DNA of 64,000 nucleotides from an uncultured Mollicutes bacterium (GTDB lineage Bacteria; Bacillota_I; Bacilli_A; RFN20; CAG-826): the NCBI GenBank assembly GCA_900545015.1, contig UQXJ01000003.1:15800-79799 (forward strand). The letters run 5' to 3'. Under the pieces are notes generated by a model, which saw nothing but the letters and a program-made list of their open reading frames with translations, did no database searches and had not been told where the DNA came from. Below are positions 30,361-39,019 of this stretch, one piece after another (position 1 is the first letter of the stretch; every line of letters begins with the position of its first letter). The position numbers were made by a program, and so were the translations under genes.

Positions 30361-33300
30361 ATGAAAGAAATGAAAACAAATATCGATTATACAAATACTC
30401 CTAAAGTTCTCGAAGTAAATAACTTAAGAGTTAACTTTAAAAGTGATAGTGGATTAGTTTATGCAGTTAGAGGAGTTTCCTTTGATTTATATAAAGGAGA
30501 AACTCTTTGTATTGTTGGTGAATCTGGTTCAGGTAAATCCGTTACTAGTAAAACAATTATGGGTATTTTAGCTAATAATGCTATTATCGAAAGTGGACAA
30601 ATTTTATACGAAGGTGAAGATTTAGTTAGAATCAGTGAAGAAGAATTCCATAGAATTAGAGGAAACAAAATTGGAATGATTTTCCAAGATCCTCTTTCTT
30701 CATTAAACCCAATTGTTAAAATTGGTAAACAAATTACCGAAGCTACATTAATCAACAAAAACATTTTGAAGAAACATTATAGTGATTTAATTTCTAAGCA
30801 ACTTGTTGCTTTAAGAAATAATGATGCTAATAAAATTTACGAATTTAATAAAATTAGTAATGAAATTGAAAAGATTGATTCATACATTAAAGATTTAAAT
30901 GATAAGAAGAATCCTGTTTCACTTGAAAAAAGAAGTGAAATTGATGAATTCATTCATTTATTTAAGAAAGAAAACGATGATAATCTTTCTAAACTTCATG
31001 AAGATGTTAGACTTGCTAATGAAGAAGATACTTTTGAAAACAAATATCAAGAAGTATTAATCAAAGAAAAGAAATTAAATTTATTAGTTCTTAAAGAAGA
31101 AATCTTTAATAAATTTAAAGTAGTAGTTGAAAATATTCCAGTTGATCAAGTTGAAGCTTTAAATAAACGTAAAGAATATCTTGCTGAATTTAAAAAATAT
31201 ATAGATAGAGAAAATAAAGAATTAAAACCTCTTTATAAAAAAGCATTAGCTTCTAGAAAGAAAGATGCTGCTGTTGAAAACAAAAAATATGCAGCTGAAT
31301 TAAAAGAAACTGCTGATAAAAAGTTAAGTGAACTTCAAGTTGAACTTGACAAAGTTAATTCTTTAATTTCAAACGTTTTACCTTCATTAAGTGAAGAAGA
31401 GAAGAAAAACTATGATGAAATTTTAGCAAGAATTGAACCTAAAAAAGTTAATCCAATTGTTAAATTCTTTAAAAAGGAAAAACAAGAAGAAATTAATATT
31501 TCTAAGATTAGTAAAAAAGATGAAATCGTTACTAAAACTGGAAATGAAAAAATGGATAAACTTCTTTCTAAAAAAGAAGAAATAGAAACTAAGATTGAAG
31601 AAGTAAAAGATGAATATATTAATTCAACTAAAGTAACTAAAAAAGAAGCTAGAAAAATGGCTCTTCAAGTTATGAAAGAAGTTGGTATTCCTCTTCCTGA
31701 AAAACGTTTTAAACAATATCCATTTGAATTTTCAGGTGGTATGAGACAACGTATCGTCATCGCAATTGCTTTAACTGCAAATCCAGACATTTTAATTTGC
31801 GATGAACCTACAACTGCACTTGATGTTACTATTCAAGCTCAAATTCTTGAATTAATTAATAAATTAAAACGTGAAAGAGGACTTTCATGTATCTTTATTA
31901 CTCACGATTTAGGTGTTGTTGCGAACATGGCTGATAGAGTTGCAGTTATGTATGCTGGTAAAATTGTTGAATATGGTACAAGTTATGAAATTTTCTATAA
32001 CCCAAAACATCCATATACTTGGGCACTTTTATCATCAATTCCTGATTTAGATAGTAAAGAAAAACTTGAAGCAATTCCTGGAACTCCACCAGATATGCGT
32101 TTCCCTCCTAAAGGTGATGCATTCGCTTTAAGAAGTAAATATGCTTTAGACATTGATTTTAAATATGAACCACCATACTTTAAAGTTAGTGATACACATT
32201 ATGCTGCAACTTGGTTACTCCATGAAGATGCACCAAAAGTTGACATGCCAAAAATTGTTAAAACACGTATTGCTAATTCAATTAAAGCATACGAAGATGG
32301 AAATCATGATGACAACCAATTAAAATCACTTCCTGAAGAATCATTCAATTTTGTTGAAGAAGTAATGAACGCAAACGCTAAAGAAGCTTTAATGAAAACA
32401 AGCATGAAAGCTTATCAAGATTATGAATCTGGAAATATTAGTGTTTCTAAAGATATTTTAAATACTGAAGTTCATAATAGTGATTTTAAAGATGAACTAG
32501 AATTTATTGATCAAGATAACGTTGAAGATGAAATTTCAAATATTAAATCAAAATGCAAATTCAAAGAAGAATATGCTGAAGAAAAAACAATTTTAAGTGT
32601 TAATCACCTTAAACAATACTTCTTCTTTGGAAAAGGACCAAATAGATATAAATTAAAAGCAGTCCATGATGTATCTTTTAAAGTCAAGGAAGGTGAATGC
32701 TTTGGTATCGTTGGTGAATCTGGCTGTGGTAAAACTACAACAGGTCGTTCAATTATTAGACTTTATCACATTACTAGTGGCTCTATTTACTATAAAGGTT
32801 ATAGAATTGGTGCTGGTAGTAGATGGAATGAAAAAGAAATTAAATATACTAAGATTAGATACAACGCTCTTGAAAAAGAATTAAAAGCAAAGCTTGCTAA
32901 AAACGAAATTACAAAAGAAGAATTTGCTACAAAGTTAGAAGAAGCTAGAGAACATAAAAACAATATTGTTAGTGTTCAAAAAGCTAAAATTAATCAAATT
33001 AAATATGATGACAAGCATGTTAATAAGAAATTATTAAGTGAAATTCAAATGATCTTCCAAGATCCAATTGATTCACTTGACCCTCGTATGACTGTTGAGG
33101 ACATTATTCAAGAGGGCTTAATTATTCAAGGCCATAAAAATAGAGCTGAAAACCATAAGAAGGTTGTCCAAGTTCTTGAAAAAGTTGGATTAATTGCAGA
33201 TTACTGTAACAGATATCCACATGAATTCTCTGGTGGACAAAGACAAAGAATTGGTATTGCTCGTGCTCTTGTCATGAATCCTAAATTATTAATTTGTGAT

Positions 33301-34227
33301 GAACCAATTTCTGCTCTTGATGTTTCTATTCGTGCTCAAATTATTAATTTACTTAATGATTTAAAAGAAGAAATGGGCTTAACAATTATGTTTATCGCTC
33401 ATGATTTATCAGTAGTTAAATATTTCTGCGATAGAATTGCTGTTATGTATTTTGGTGAAATTGTTGAACTTGCAACTGCTGATGAACTCTTCAGACATCC
33501 ACTTCACCCTTATACAAAATCACTTTTAAGTGCTATTCCAAAACCAAATCCTTTAACTGAAAAAGATAGAGTTAGAATTCCTTATAATCCACGTGAAGCA
33601 CATGATTATAGTGTTGATAAACCATCATTTGTTGAGATTGAACCAGGACACTTTGTATTAGCAAATAAAGCTGAAGTTGAGAAATATAAAGCTGAAATGG
33701 TTGAACTCGATAAGAAAGCTGAATACGAAAAAGAAGAATTATTCAAAGGCGATGAAACAATTAACGAAGTAACTGAAGAAACTAAAGTTGAAGAAGTTAT
33801 TAATGAAGAAAAAATTTCTGCAAAAGAAGTTGCTGAAGAAAAAACTTCTGATGAAAAAACAGCCGATGAAAAGACAAGTGAATCAACTGAGGAAAAAACT
33901 TCTGAAGAAACTTCAAAAGAAGAACCTAAAAATTCTATTGAAGAAGCTGAAGAAGAAAAAGAAGAAACACAAGATAGATCTTCTAAAAAAGAACCTTCTG
34001 AGACTTTATTAAAGCAAAGAAGTGGTGAAATTAAAAAAGTCTACCATCTTAAAAAAGTTGATGGCAGATGGGAATTAATTCTTAAAGAAGGAATGAAAGT
34101 TATAAAAACTTTCCCAACTAAACAAGAAGCTTTAGTTTATAGCAAGAAATTAGTTGAGTCTCAAAATGGAACACTTCTAGTTCATGCTTCAAAAGGCAAA
34201 AACAAAGGAAAATTCATTAAAGAATAA
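30361..34227 (+). CDS. oppDF: fused OppD-OppF double ATPase with acidic repeat tail and C-terminal DUF2188-like domain (about 1288 aa)
   Basis: Two complete NBDs in one frame. NBD1: GESGSGKS...FSGGMRQR...CDEPTTALD. NBD2: GESGCGKT...FSGGQRQR...CDEPISALD. These are collinear with the separate oppD and oppF of module 2. The tail is (D/E)EKT(S/A) repeats followed by KKVYHLKKVDGRWELILKEG..FPTKQEALVYSKKL..LLVHASKGK. Confidence 0.9.
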   Translation: MKEMKTNIDYTNTPKVLEVNNLRVNFKSDSGLVYAVRGVSFDLYKGETLCIVGESGSGKSVTSKTIMGILANNAIIESGQILYEGEDLVRISEEEFHRIRGNKIGMIFQDPLSSLNPIVKIGKQITEATLINKNILKKHYSDLISKQLVALRNNDANKIYEFNKISNEIEKIDSYIKDLNDKKNPVSLEKRSEIDEFIHLFKKENDDNLSKLHEDVRLANEEDTFENKYQEVLIKEKKLNLLVLKEEIFNKFKVVVENIPVDQVEALNKRKEYLAEFKKYIDRENKELKPLYKKALASRKKDAAVENKKYAAELKETADKKLSELQVELDKVNSLISNVLPSLSEEEKKNYDEILARIEPKKVNPIVKFFKKEKQEEINISKISKKDEIVTKTGNEKMDKLLSKKEEIETKIEEVKDEYINSTKVTKKEARKMALQVMKEVGIPLPEKRFKQYPFEFSGGMRQRIVIAIALTANPDILICDEPTTALDVTIQAQILELINKLKRERGLSCIFITHDLGVVANMADRVAVMYAGKIVEYGTSYEIFYNPKHPYTWALLSSIPDLDSKEKLEAIPGTPPDMRFPPKGDAFALRSKYALDIDFKYEPPYFKVSDTHYAATWLLHEDAPKVDMPKIVKTRIANSIKAYEDGNHDDNQLKSLPEESFNFVEEVMNANAKEALMKTSMKAYQDYESGNISVSKDILNTEVHNSDFKDELEFIDQDNVEDEISNIKSKCKFKEEYAEEKTILSVNHLKQYFFFGKGPNRYKLKAVHDVSFKVKEGECFGIVGESGCGKTTTGRSIIRLYHITSGSIYYKGYRIGAGSRWNEKEIKYTKIRYNALEKELKAKLAKNEITKEEFATKLEEAREHKNNIVSVQKAKINQIKYDDKHVNKKLLSEIQMIFQDPIDSLDPRMTVEDIIQEGLIIQGHKNRAENHKKVVQVLEKVGLIADYCNRYPHEFSGGQRQRIGIARALVMNPKLLICDEPISALDVSIRAQIINLLNDLKEEMGLTIMFIAHDLSVVKYFCDRIAVMYFGEIVELATADELFRHPLHPYTKSLLSAIPKPNPLTEKDRVRIPYNPREAHDYSVDKPSFVEIEPGHFVLANKAEVEKYKAEMVELDKKAEYEKEELFKGDETINEVTEETKVEEVINEEKISAKEVAEEKTSDEKTADEKTSESTEEKTSEETSKEEPKNSIEEAEEEKEETQDRSSKKEPSETLLKQRSGEIKKVYHLKKVDGRWELILKEGMKVIKTFPTKQEALVYSKKLVESQNGTLLVHASKGKNKGKFIKE

Positions 34228-34235
34228 ACAAAATT

Positions 34236-34266
34236 AAGGTGAGAACGAAAAACTCACCTTTTTTCT
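34236..34266 (+). terminator. rho-independent terminator of opp module 1
   Basis: AAGGTGAG-aacgaaaaa-CTCACCTT followed by TTTTT. Confidence 0.8.
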
Positions 34267-34322
34267 TACTTAAAAATAGATTGTTAATGTATTTTTTCTT
34301 ATTTAATGATAAATTAATACCC

Positions 34323-34739
34323 ATGGAAGAGAAAAAGAAGAAAAAAATAAAGTTAAAAGATATTTTTAATTTGTATTTTTGGATTAAATTTGCTGTTGGT
34401 ATTGGAAGCAGCGGATTATTATTTATTTTAATTTATGCGATTAATGGATTTACACCTATTTGGCTAATTAACAGTCTTTTTGTAGCGACAATTTTTTCTT
34501 TATCATTAGCAGCCCTTTCTTTTGCAACTAATGTAGGAACATTTGATGTTATTTCGCTTGGTTTTAAAAATATGTTCTTAATGGCTAAAAAGGAAGTAGA
34601 CGAGAAATACGACCTTTTTCAATACAGAGAAATGAAGTCTATGAAAAGAAAAGTGGAAAGATTTTCATTTTTAGGCTACTTATTTTCATTCTTAATTTTT
34701 CTAACTATCTATTTATCATTTTATTTTACTATTTATTGA
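34323..34739 (+). CDS. small multi-TM protein, DUF3899-like (138 aa)
   Basis: Start taken at ATG 34323 (MEEKKKKKIKL), because the track's 34239 start lies inside the terminator hairpin. Has the GTFDVISLGFKNMF motif. Paralog of 23391-23831. Confidence 0.6.
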   Translation: MEEKKKKKIKLKDIFNLYFWIKFAVGIGSSGLLFILIYAINGFTPIWLINSLFVATIFSLSLAALSFATNVGTFDVISLGFKNMFLMAKKEVDEKYDLFQYREMKSMKRKVERFSFLGYLFSFLIFLTIYLSFYFTIY

Positions 34740-34764
34740 TTTTAGTACATTATTTTCATGGCAA

Positions 34765-34785
34765 TATTAAGACAGTATTAAGAAA
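34765..34785 (+). promoter_or_regulatory. direct-repeat motif copy 4: TATTAAgacagTATTAAgaaa
   Basis: Hexamers are 11 bp apart. Lies 95 nt upstream of the oppA2 ATG. Confidence 0.5.
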
Positions 34786-34879
34786 AGTGCTTTTTTGTTT
34801 TTCATAAAATACTTTTATATTTAAATTAAAACCACAAAAGAAAGACCTAAATGTTTTTGCTTTTGGAGGAGGTTAATTT

Positions 34880-37800
34880 ATGAAACTAAACAAAAAGAAA
34901 TTATTATTAAACGTATTATCTCTTGCTTCATTAATTGCCGTTGTATCATCATGTGGAAATAAGAAACCAGACGGTCCTAGTGACGATAAAGATAACGATG
35001 TTGCTTTAGATAAACCAAATCAAACAATTACATTATCAAGTGAATTTACTAAAACAGCTGAAGATAGTACTTATTTCAGTGCACAATTAGTAAGAGATGG
35101 TGGAGAAAACCCAACATATGTTACTTCAAAGCAGACTGCTTTATTAAAAGCTGGTGAAAGTGTTCATTTATATGCTTTCGATATTCCTAAAGGCTATACA
35201 ACAGGTGTTACTGTACTTGATGCAGCAGGAGAACTTTCAAAAGATTTAGTTGTTAGTAGTGATGGAACTGTTACTGCTCCTAGTGTCACACAAAAAACTG
35301 AATTTACATTAATTTTGTTTGGCGTCTCTGCTGATGAAAAACAAGTAATTAAACAAGATATCGATGTTACTGTTGTACCTACTGAATCATTTGTTTCAGA
35401 TGGATATTTAGATCTTACTGGCGTAACAGGCACAGAAAAAACTAAGATGGCAGCATCAGTTGAAAGATACCTTTATAACAAAGGACTTGCTCCAATTACT
35501 TATATGAATGATGAATCTTATTCATTATATAACGAAAGATTAAGCACACCATTCTTAGATTCAGGTAATTATGTTGCTGGTTATGGCTATGGATTATTAG
35601 ATTATGGTTCAGTTACAGCTCCACTTGCTGGTGAAAAAACTGATAAATATAAAAATTATTTGCATGATCAAGTTGACGCAACATATGATGAAGGTAACTT
35701 TAACTATTTGAACTCAAATTCAAATTCAGTTTCTACATTCTATAGTTATGTATCTCAATATTATTTCTCAAATCTAGTTAATGAAACAAGTGATGGTTGG
35801 GAATATCAAGCACAATTATCAAGAAAGAAAGCTCCAGAAGCTGTAAATCCTGATGAAAATGGTGCTTCAGATACATGGAAAGTTTATTTAAGAGTTGGGG
35901 CTGATGTTGACAATGCAGTTGGTGGAACAAAAGGTTTAGCTTATAGAACTGCATCACAAACATTCAAATCTTTTGATAAACGTAATATTAAATTAGAAGA
36001 TTACCTTACTACATTTAAACTTTTAGCAACTCAATCAGTTGGCTGGTATAGAGGTGCTGAACAAGCAGGCGAAAAAACACAAAATAGACAAGTTAAAGGT
36101 TTTGCTGAATTCTATAACGCTTCAAAAGATGCAAAAACATTACCAAGCGATGAAGAATTTATGAAGCAAGTTGGAGTTAAAATTGATCCAAGTGATAACT
36201 CAATTTCTATTACATTTAATGGAAAAATCACACCTGATTATGCTGAATATCAACTTAACGGATTATGGTGTAACCCAATGTGCGAAGAATTCGTCAAACA
36301 ACTTGGCGAAGGCAATGTAATTAAAGGCGCTCAAGCTTATGGAACTAGCGCAACAGTTGCTGGAAAATCATTAACACCATTAGATACATTATTATCTGTT
36401 GGACCATACTATACAGCAACATATGAAAGTAAAAAGACTATCGCATTTGCTAAAAACGAAGATTGGCCAATTAGGAAAGATGATTCAGGAAGAGATTTAT
36501 TTAAACTTGAAGGTATCCACTTAAATGTTAACAGTGCATTAACTACAGATCCTAAAGAATTATTAAATAAATTCACACGTAACGAAACTGATACATCAAA
36601 TATTCCAGAAACTGAATGGGATAAATATGCTACAGATCCACGTAGAAAGAAAAATGGTGCTGAATCTAATTTCTGTTACTTTGTTAATACATGGGATAAA
36701 GCATTCTACGATCAACAATTTGGTGGTGAATGGGAAGTTAAACCAATGTTGTCAAATACAAACTTCTTCAAAGGATTAGAAGTTGGTATCAATAGAAAAG
36801 ATATTTCTGAAGCTTTCCACAAAGGTCCAGGATTTGAAATTCAAGAACCTGTTAATAAGATTTCTCCAAAATCAGATAAAGCATATAACGATACTGATGA
36901 ACACAAAGCAGTTATGAAAGAAGTATTCGGAAATGCATTTGATAGCGAACAATTAGCTAACTGGAAAACAAATGCAGCAGAATATTTCCAAGCAGCTATT
37001 AAAGAAGAACTTGATGCAGGTCACTATAAATTAGGTAAAAAAGGTGCTGCAACTGTAGTTTCAATGAAACTTGCAAGAATTCAAGGTGCTGAAACAGCTA
37101 ACAAACGTTTATCAATGGTTGCTGAAAGCTGGGAACAAGCATTTGATCTTGCTGTTAAATCATATGTTGATAAAGATGGCAAAACTCCTTGGGTAGCCGA
37201 AGATGGTAGTGCTTTAATTACATTTAAAGTTGAATATGAAGATATTGCTAATTCATCTAACCAACAAATGCAAGCTGACGTCTTATTTAATGGTGTTAAG
37301 GCTGGTAGATTTGATGGACAAACAATTTACTTTGTTAGTGGTAATGGACTTGATTCGTTAAATAACTTCGATAAATTTAAATCAAATGACTCAAGCGGAT
37401 TCACACTTAACTTTGGTGCAGATACTTCAATTCCTTCAGTTGATGTTGAATATGATGGAAAATACTATTCATTTGACTCGTTATGGGGCGCAGCAAATAC
37501 AACTGCATTCGTTGATAAAAATGGTATTCAAGTTTCAGAATTCAGTGTAAACGATGCTTATGTTGAGCCTACCTATAAAGATGGCAAATACACTGTCGAA
37601 TTAGAAGTAAGCTACTTAGAAAAATATATTAGTGATATTAAAGTTGCAGTTGATACAATTAATGCGAAAGGTGTTGAAGCTTATAAAGAACTTGATGCTA
37701 AAGTTGTTGATGGAAAGATTACTATCGTATTTGAAGGCGATGCTATCATTGACGGTGCGCTACTTGGACCAGATTACGCAAGTGCTAACTACCTTGACTT

Positions 37801-37891
37801 CCAATTTACATATAAAAAGACTGTAAATGGTGTTGAAAGTGAAGGAACATACGGTGGCTACTGGCTACTCGAGAAACCTAGTGCAAATTAA
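34880..37891 (+). CDS. oppA: oligopeptide ABC substrate-binding lipoprotein, second copy (1003 aa)
   Basis: RBS GGAGGAGG. Lipobox VSSC. N-terminal Ig-like segment. SBP core alignable to OppA1 (..LEDY.T...LL..Q.VG..R.A.., SLWGAAN/SLWTAAN). Confidence 0.85.
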   Translation: MKLNKKKLLLNVLSLASLIAVVSSCGNKKPDGPSDDKDNDVALDKPNQTITLSSEFTKTAEDSTYFSAQLVRDGGENPTYVTSKQTALLKAGESVHLYAFDIPKGYTTGVTVLDAAGELSKDLVVSSDGTVTAPSVTQKTEFTLILFGVSADEKQVIKQDIDVTVVPTESFVSDGYLDLTGVTGTEKTKMAASVERYLYNKGLAPITYMNDESYSLYNERLSTPFLDSGNYVAGYGYGLLDYGSVTAPLAGEKTDKYKNYLHDQVDATYDEGNFNYLNSNSNSVSTFYSYVSQYYFSNLVNETSDGWEYQAQLSRKKAPEAVNPDENGASDTWKVYLRVGADVDNAVGGTKGLAYRTASQTFKSFDKRNIKLEDYLTTFKLLATQSVGWYRGAEQAGEKTQNRQVKGFAEFYNASKDAKTLPSDEEFMKQVGVKIDPSDNSISITFNGKITPDYAEYQLNGLWCNPMCEEFVKQLGEGNVIKGAQAYGTSATVAGKSLTPLDTLLSVGPYYTATYESKKTIAFAKNEDWPIRKDDSGRDLFKLEGIHLNVNSALTTDPKELLNKFTRNETDTSNIPETEWDKYATDPRRKKNGAESNFCYFVNTWDKAFYDQQFGGEWEVKPMLSNTNFFKGLEVGINRKDISEAFHKGPGFEIQEPVNKISPKSDKAYNDTDEHKAVMKEVFGNAFDSEQLANWKTNAAEYFQAAIKEELDAGHYKLGKKGAATVVSMKLARIQGAETANKRLSMVAESWEQAFDLAVKSYVDKDGKTPWVAEDGSALITFKVEYEDIANSSNQQMQADVLFNGVKAGRFDGQTIYFVSGNGLDSLNNFDKFKSNDSSGFTLNFGADTSIPSVDVEYDGKYYSFDSLWGAANTTAFVDKNGIQVSEFSVNDAYVEPTYKDGKYTVELEVSYLEKYISDIKVAVDTINAKGVEAYKELDAKVVDGKITIVFEGDAIIDGALLGPDYASANYLDFQFTYKKTVNGVESEGTYGGYWLLEKPSAN

Positions 37892-37917
37892 TCATATTTA
37901 ATTTAAAATTGAAATAT

Positions 37918-37949
37918 ACCCTAGAAAATTAAACTTCTAGGGTTTATTT
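37918..37949 (+). terminator. post-oppA hairpin ACCCTAGAA/TTCTAGGGT + TTATTT
   Basis: Perfect 9-bp stem between oppA2 and oppB2. Confidence 0.6.
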
Positions 37950-37970
37950 CGCTATATAAAAGGAGGAATT

Positions 37971-39017
37971 ATGACTAAATATGTAATAAAAAGAATATTA
38001 TTAGTCTTTCTCACAGCATTTATAGTTTTATCATTAACTTATATTCTCTTGTGTTGTTTGAAAGTTGATCTTCCATTTTTTACATCAGAAGGTCAAAAAG
38101 TCGCTTATTTGACTAATCAATGGCAAAAAGGATTTTTAGTAAGAGAAACGATGCCAACTGAAAAGTATGGTGAATTATTTGGTTCTTATACTGTTGGAAG
38201 TGGCGTTAGCCAAGTAACTTATTACTACTATCAAAGACCTATCATGGATAGATATTTTAGTTTTCTCCAAGGTGTATTCACTCGTTGGGATTGGGGTACA
38301 TCAATTGGATTTGAAGTTGGGAGACCTACAATAGATATCCTTATGTCTCGTTTACCTACAACAATTTTAATTAATATTATAAGTGTTATATTTTCTGTTC
38401 CCTTAGGAATTGGCTTAGGCATATGGTGCGCTCTAAAAAAAGACTCAGTATTTGATAATGTCATGCAAGTCTTAATGATGGTTGTTATTTCAATTCCAAG
38501 CTTTGTTTTAATTAGCTATCTCATCATGATGGCAGCAAATATTTCTTGGATACCAACATTCTGGCCACAATCAACTGATCCATTATATTTAAGAGTTGGT
38601 GCCTTTGTTGTTCCAGTTTTGGCTTTATCACTTGGCTCAATATTTGGTTATGCTAGATTTGTTAGAGCAGAACTTTGTGAAGTTTTAGAAAGTGATTATT
38701 TATTACTTGCAAGAACAAAAGGCTTAACAAGACGTCAATCAATTTTACGTCACGCTTTAAGAAATTCAATGGTGCCTGTTTTGCCAATGGTTGTTAGTGA
38801 ATTTATTTCAATTCTTGGAGGAAGTATGATTCTTGAGAACTTATACCAAATTCCAGGTGTTGGACAACTTTATATGGCAGCATTTAATGCAAAAGACTAT
38901 TCATTACTTATGACAGATATGGCTTTTTACACATTAATTGGATTACTTGCTGCAATCGTCGTTGATTTATCATATGGATTTATCGATCCACGTATTAGAA
39001 TGGGGGCAAAGAAATAG
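37971..39017 (+). CDS. oppB: oligopeptide ABC permease OppB (copy 2)
   Basis: RBS AAAGGAGG. Paralog of 27047-28102 (YLLLARTKGLTRRQ.I.RHALRN.MVP, DPRIRMGAK). Confidence 0.92.
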   Translation: MTKYVIKRILLVFLTAFIVLSLTYILLCCLKVDLPFFTSEGQKVAYLTNQWQKGFLVRETMPTEKYGELFGSYTVGSGVSQVTYYYYQRPIMDRYFSFLQGVFTRWDWGTSIGFEVGRPTIDILMSRLPTTILINIISVIFSVPLGIGLGIWCALKKDSVFDNVMQVLMMVVISIPSFVLISYLIMMAANISWIPTFWPQSTDPLYLRVGAFVVPVLALSLGSIFGYARFVRAELCEVLESDYLLLARTKGLTRRQSILRHALRNSMVPVLPMVVSEFISILGGSMILENLYQIPGVGQLYMAAFNAKDYSLLMTDMAFYTLIGLLAAIVVDLSYGFIDPRIRMGAKK

Positions 39018-39019
39018 TT

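Noticed and set aside
33788-34012. 74-aa K/L-rich + strand ORF inside the oppDF tail.
   Set aside because: It is the alternative frame of the acidic GAA/AAA-rich repeat region and sits entirely inside a longer, well-supported frame.
23910-37891. Possible ecto-ATPase activity of OppA, as reported for Mycoplasma hominis OppA.
   Set aside because: I found no Walker A (GxxxxGK[ST]) motif in either OppA translation.
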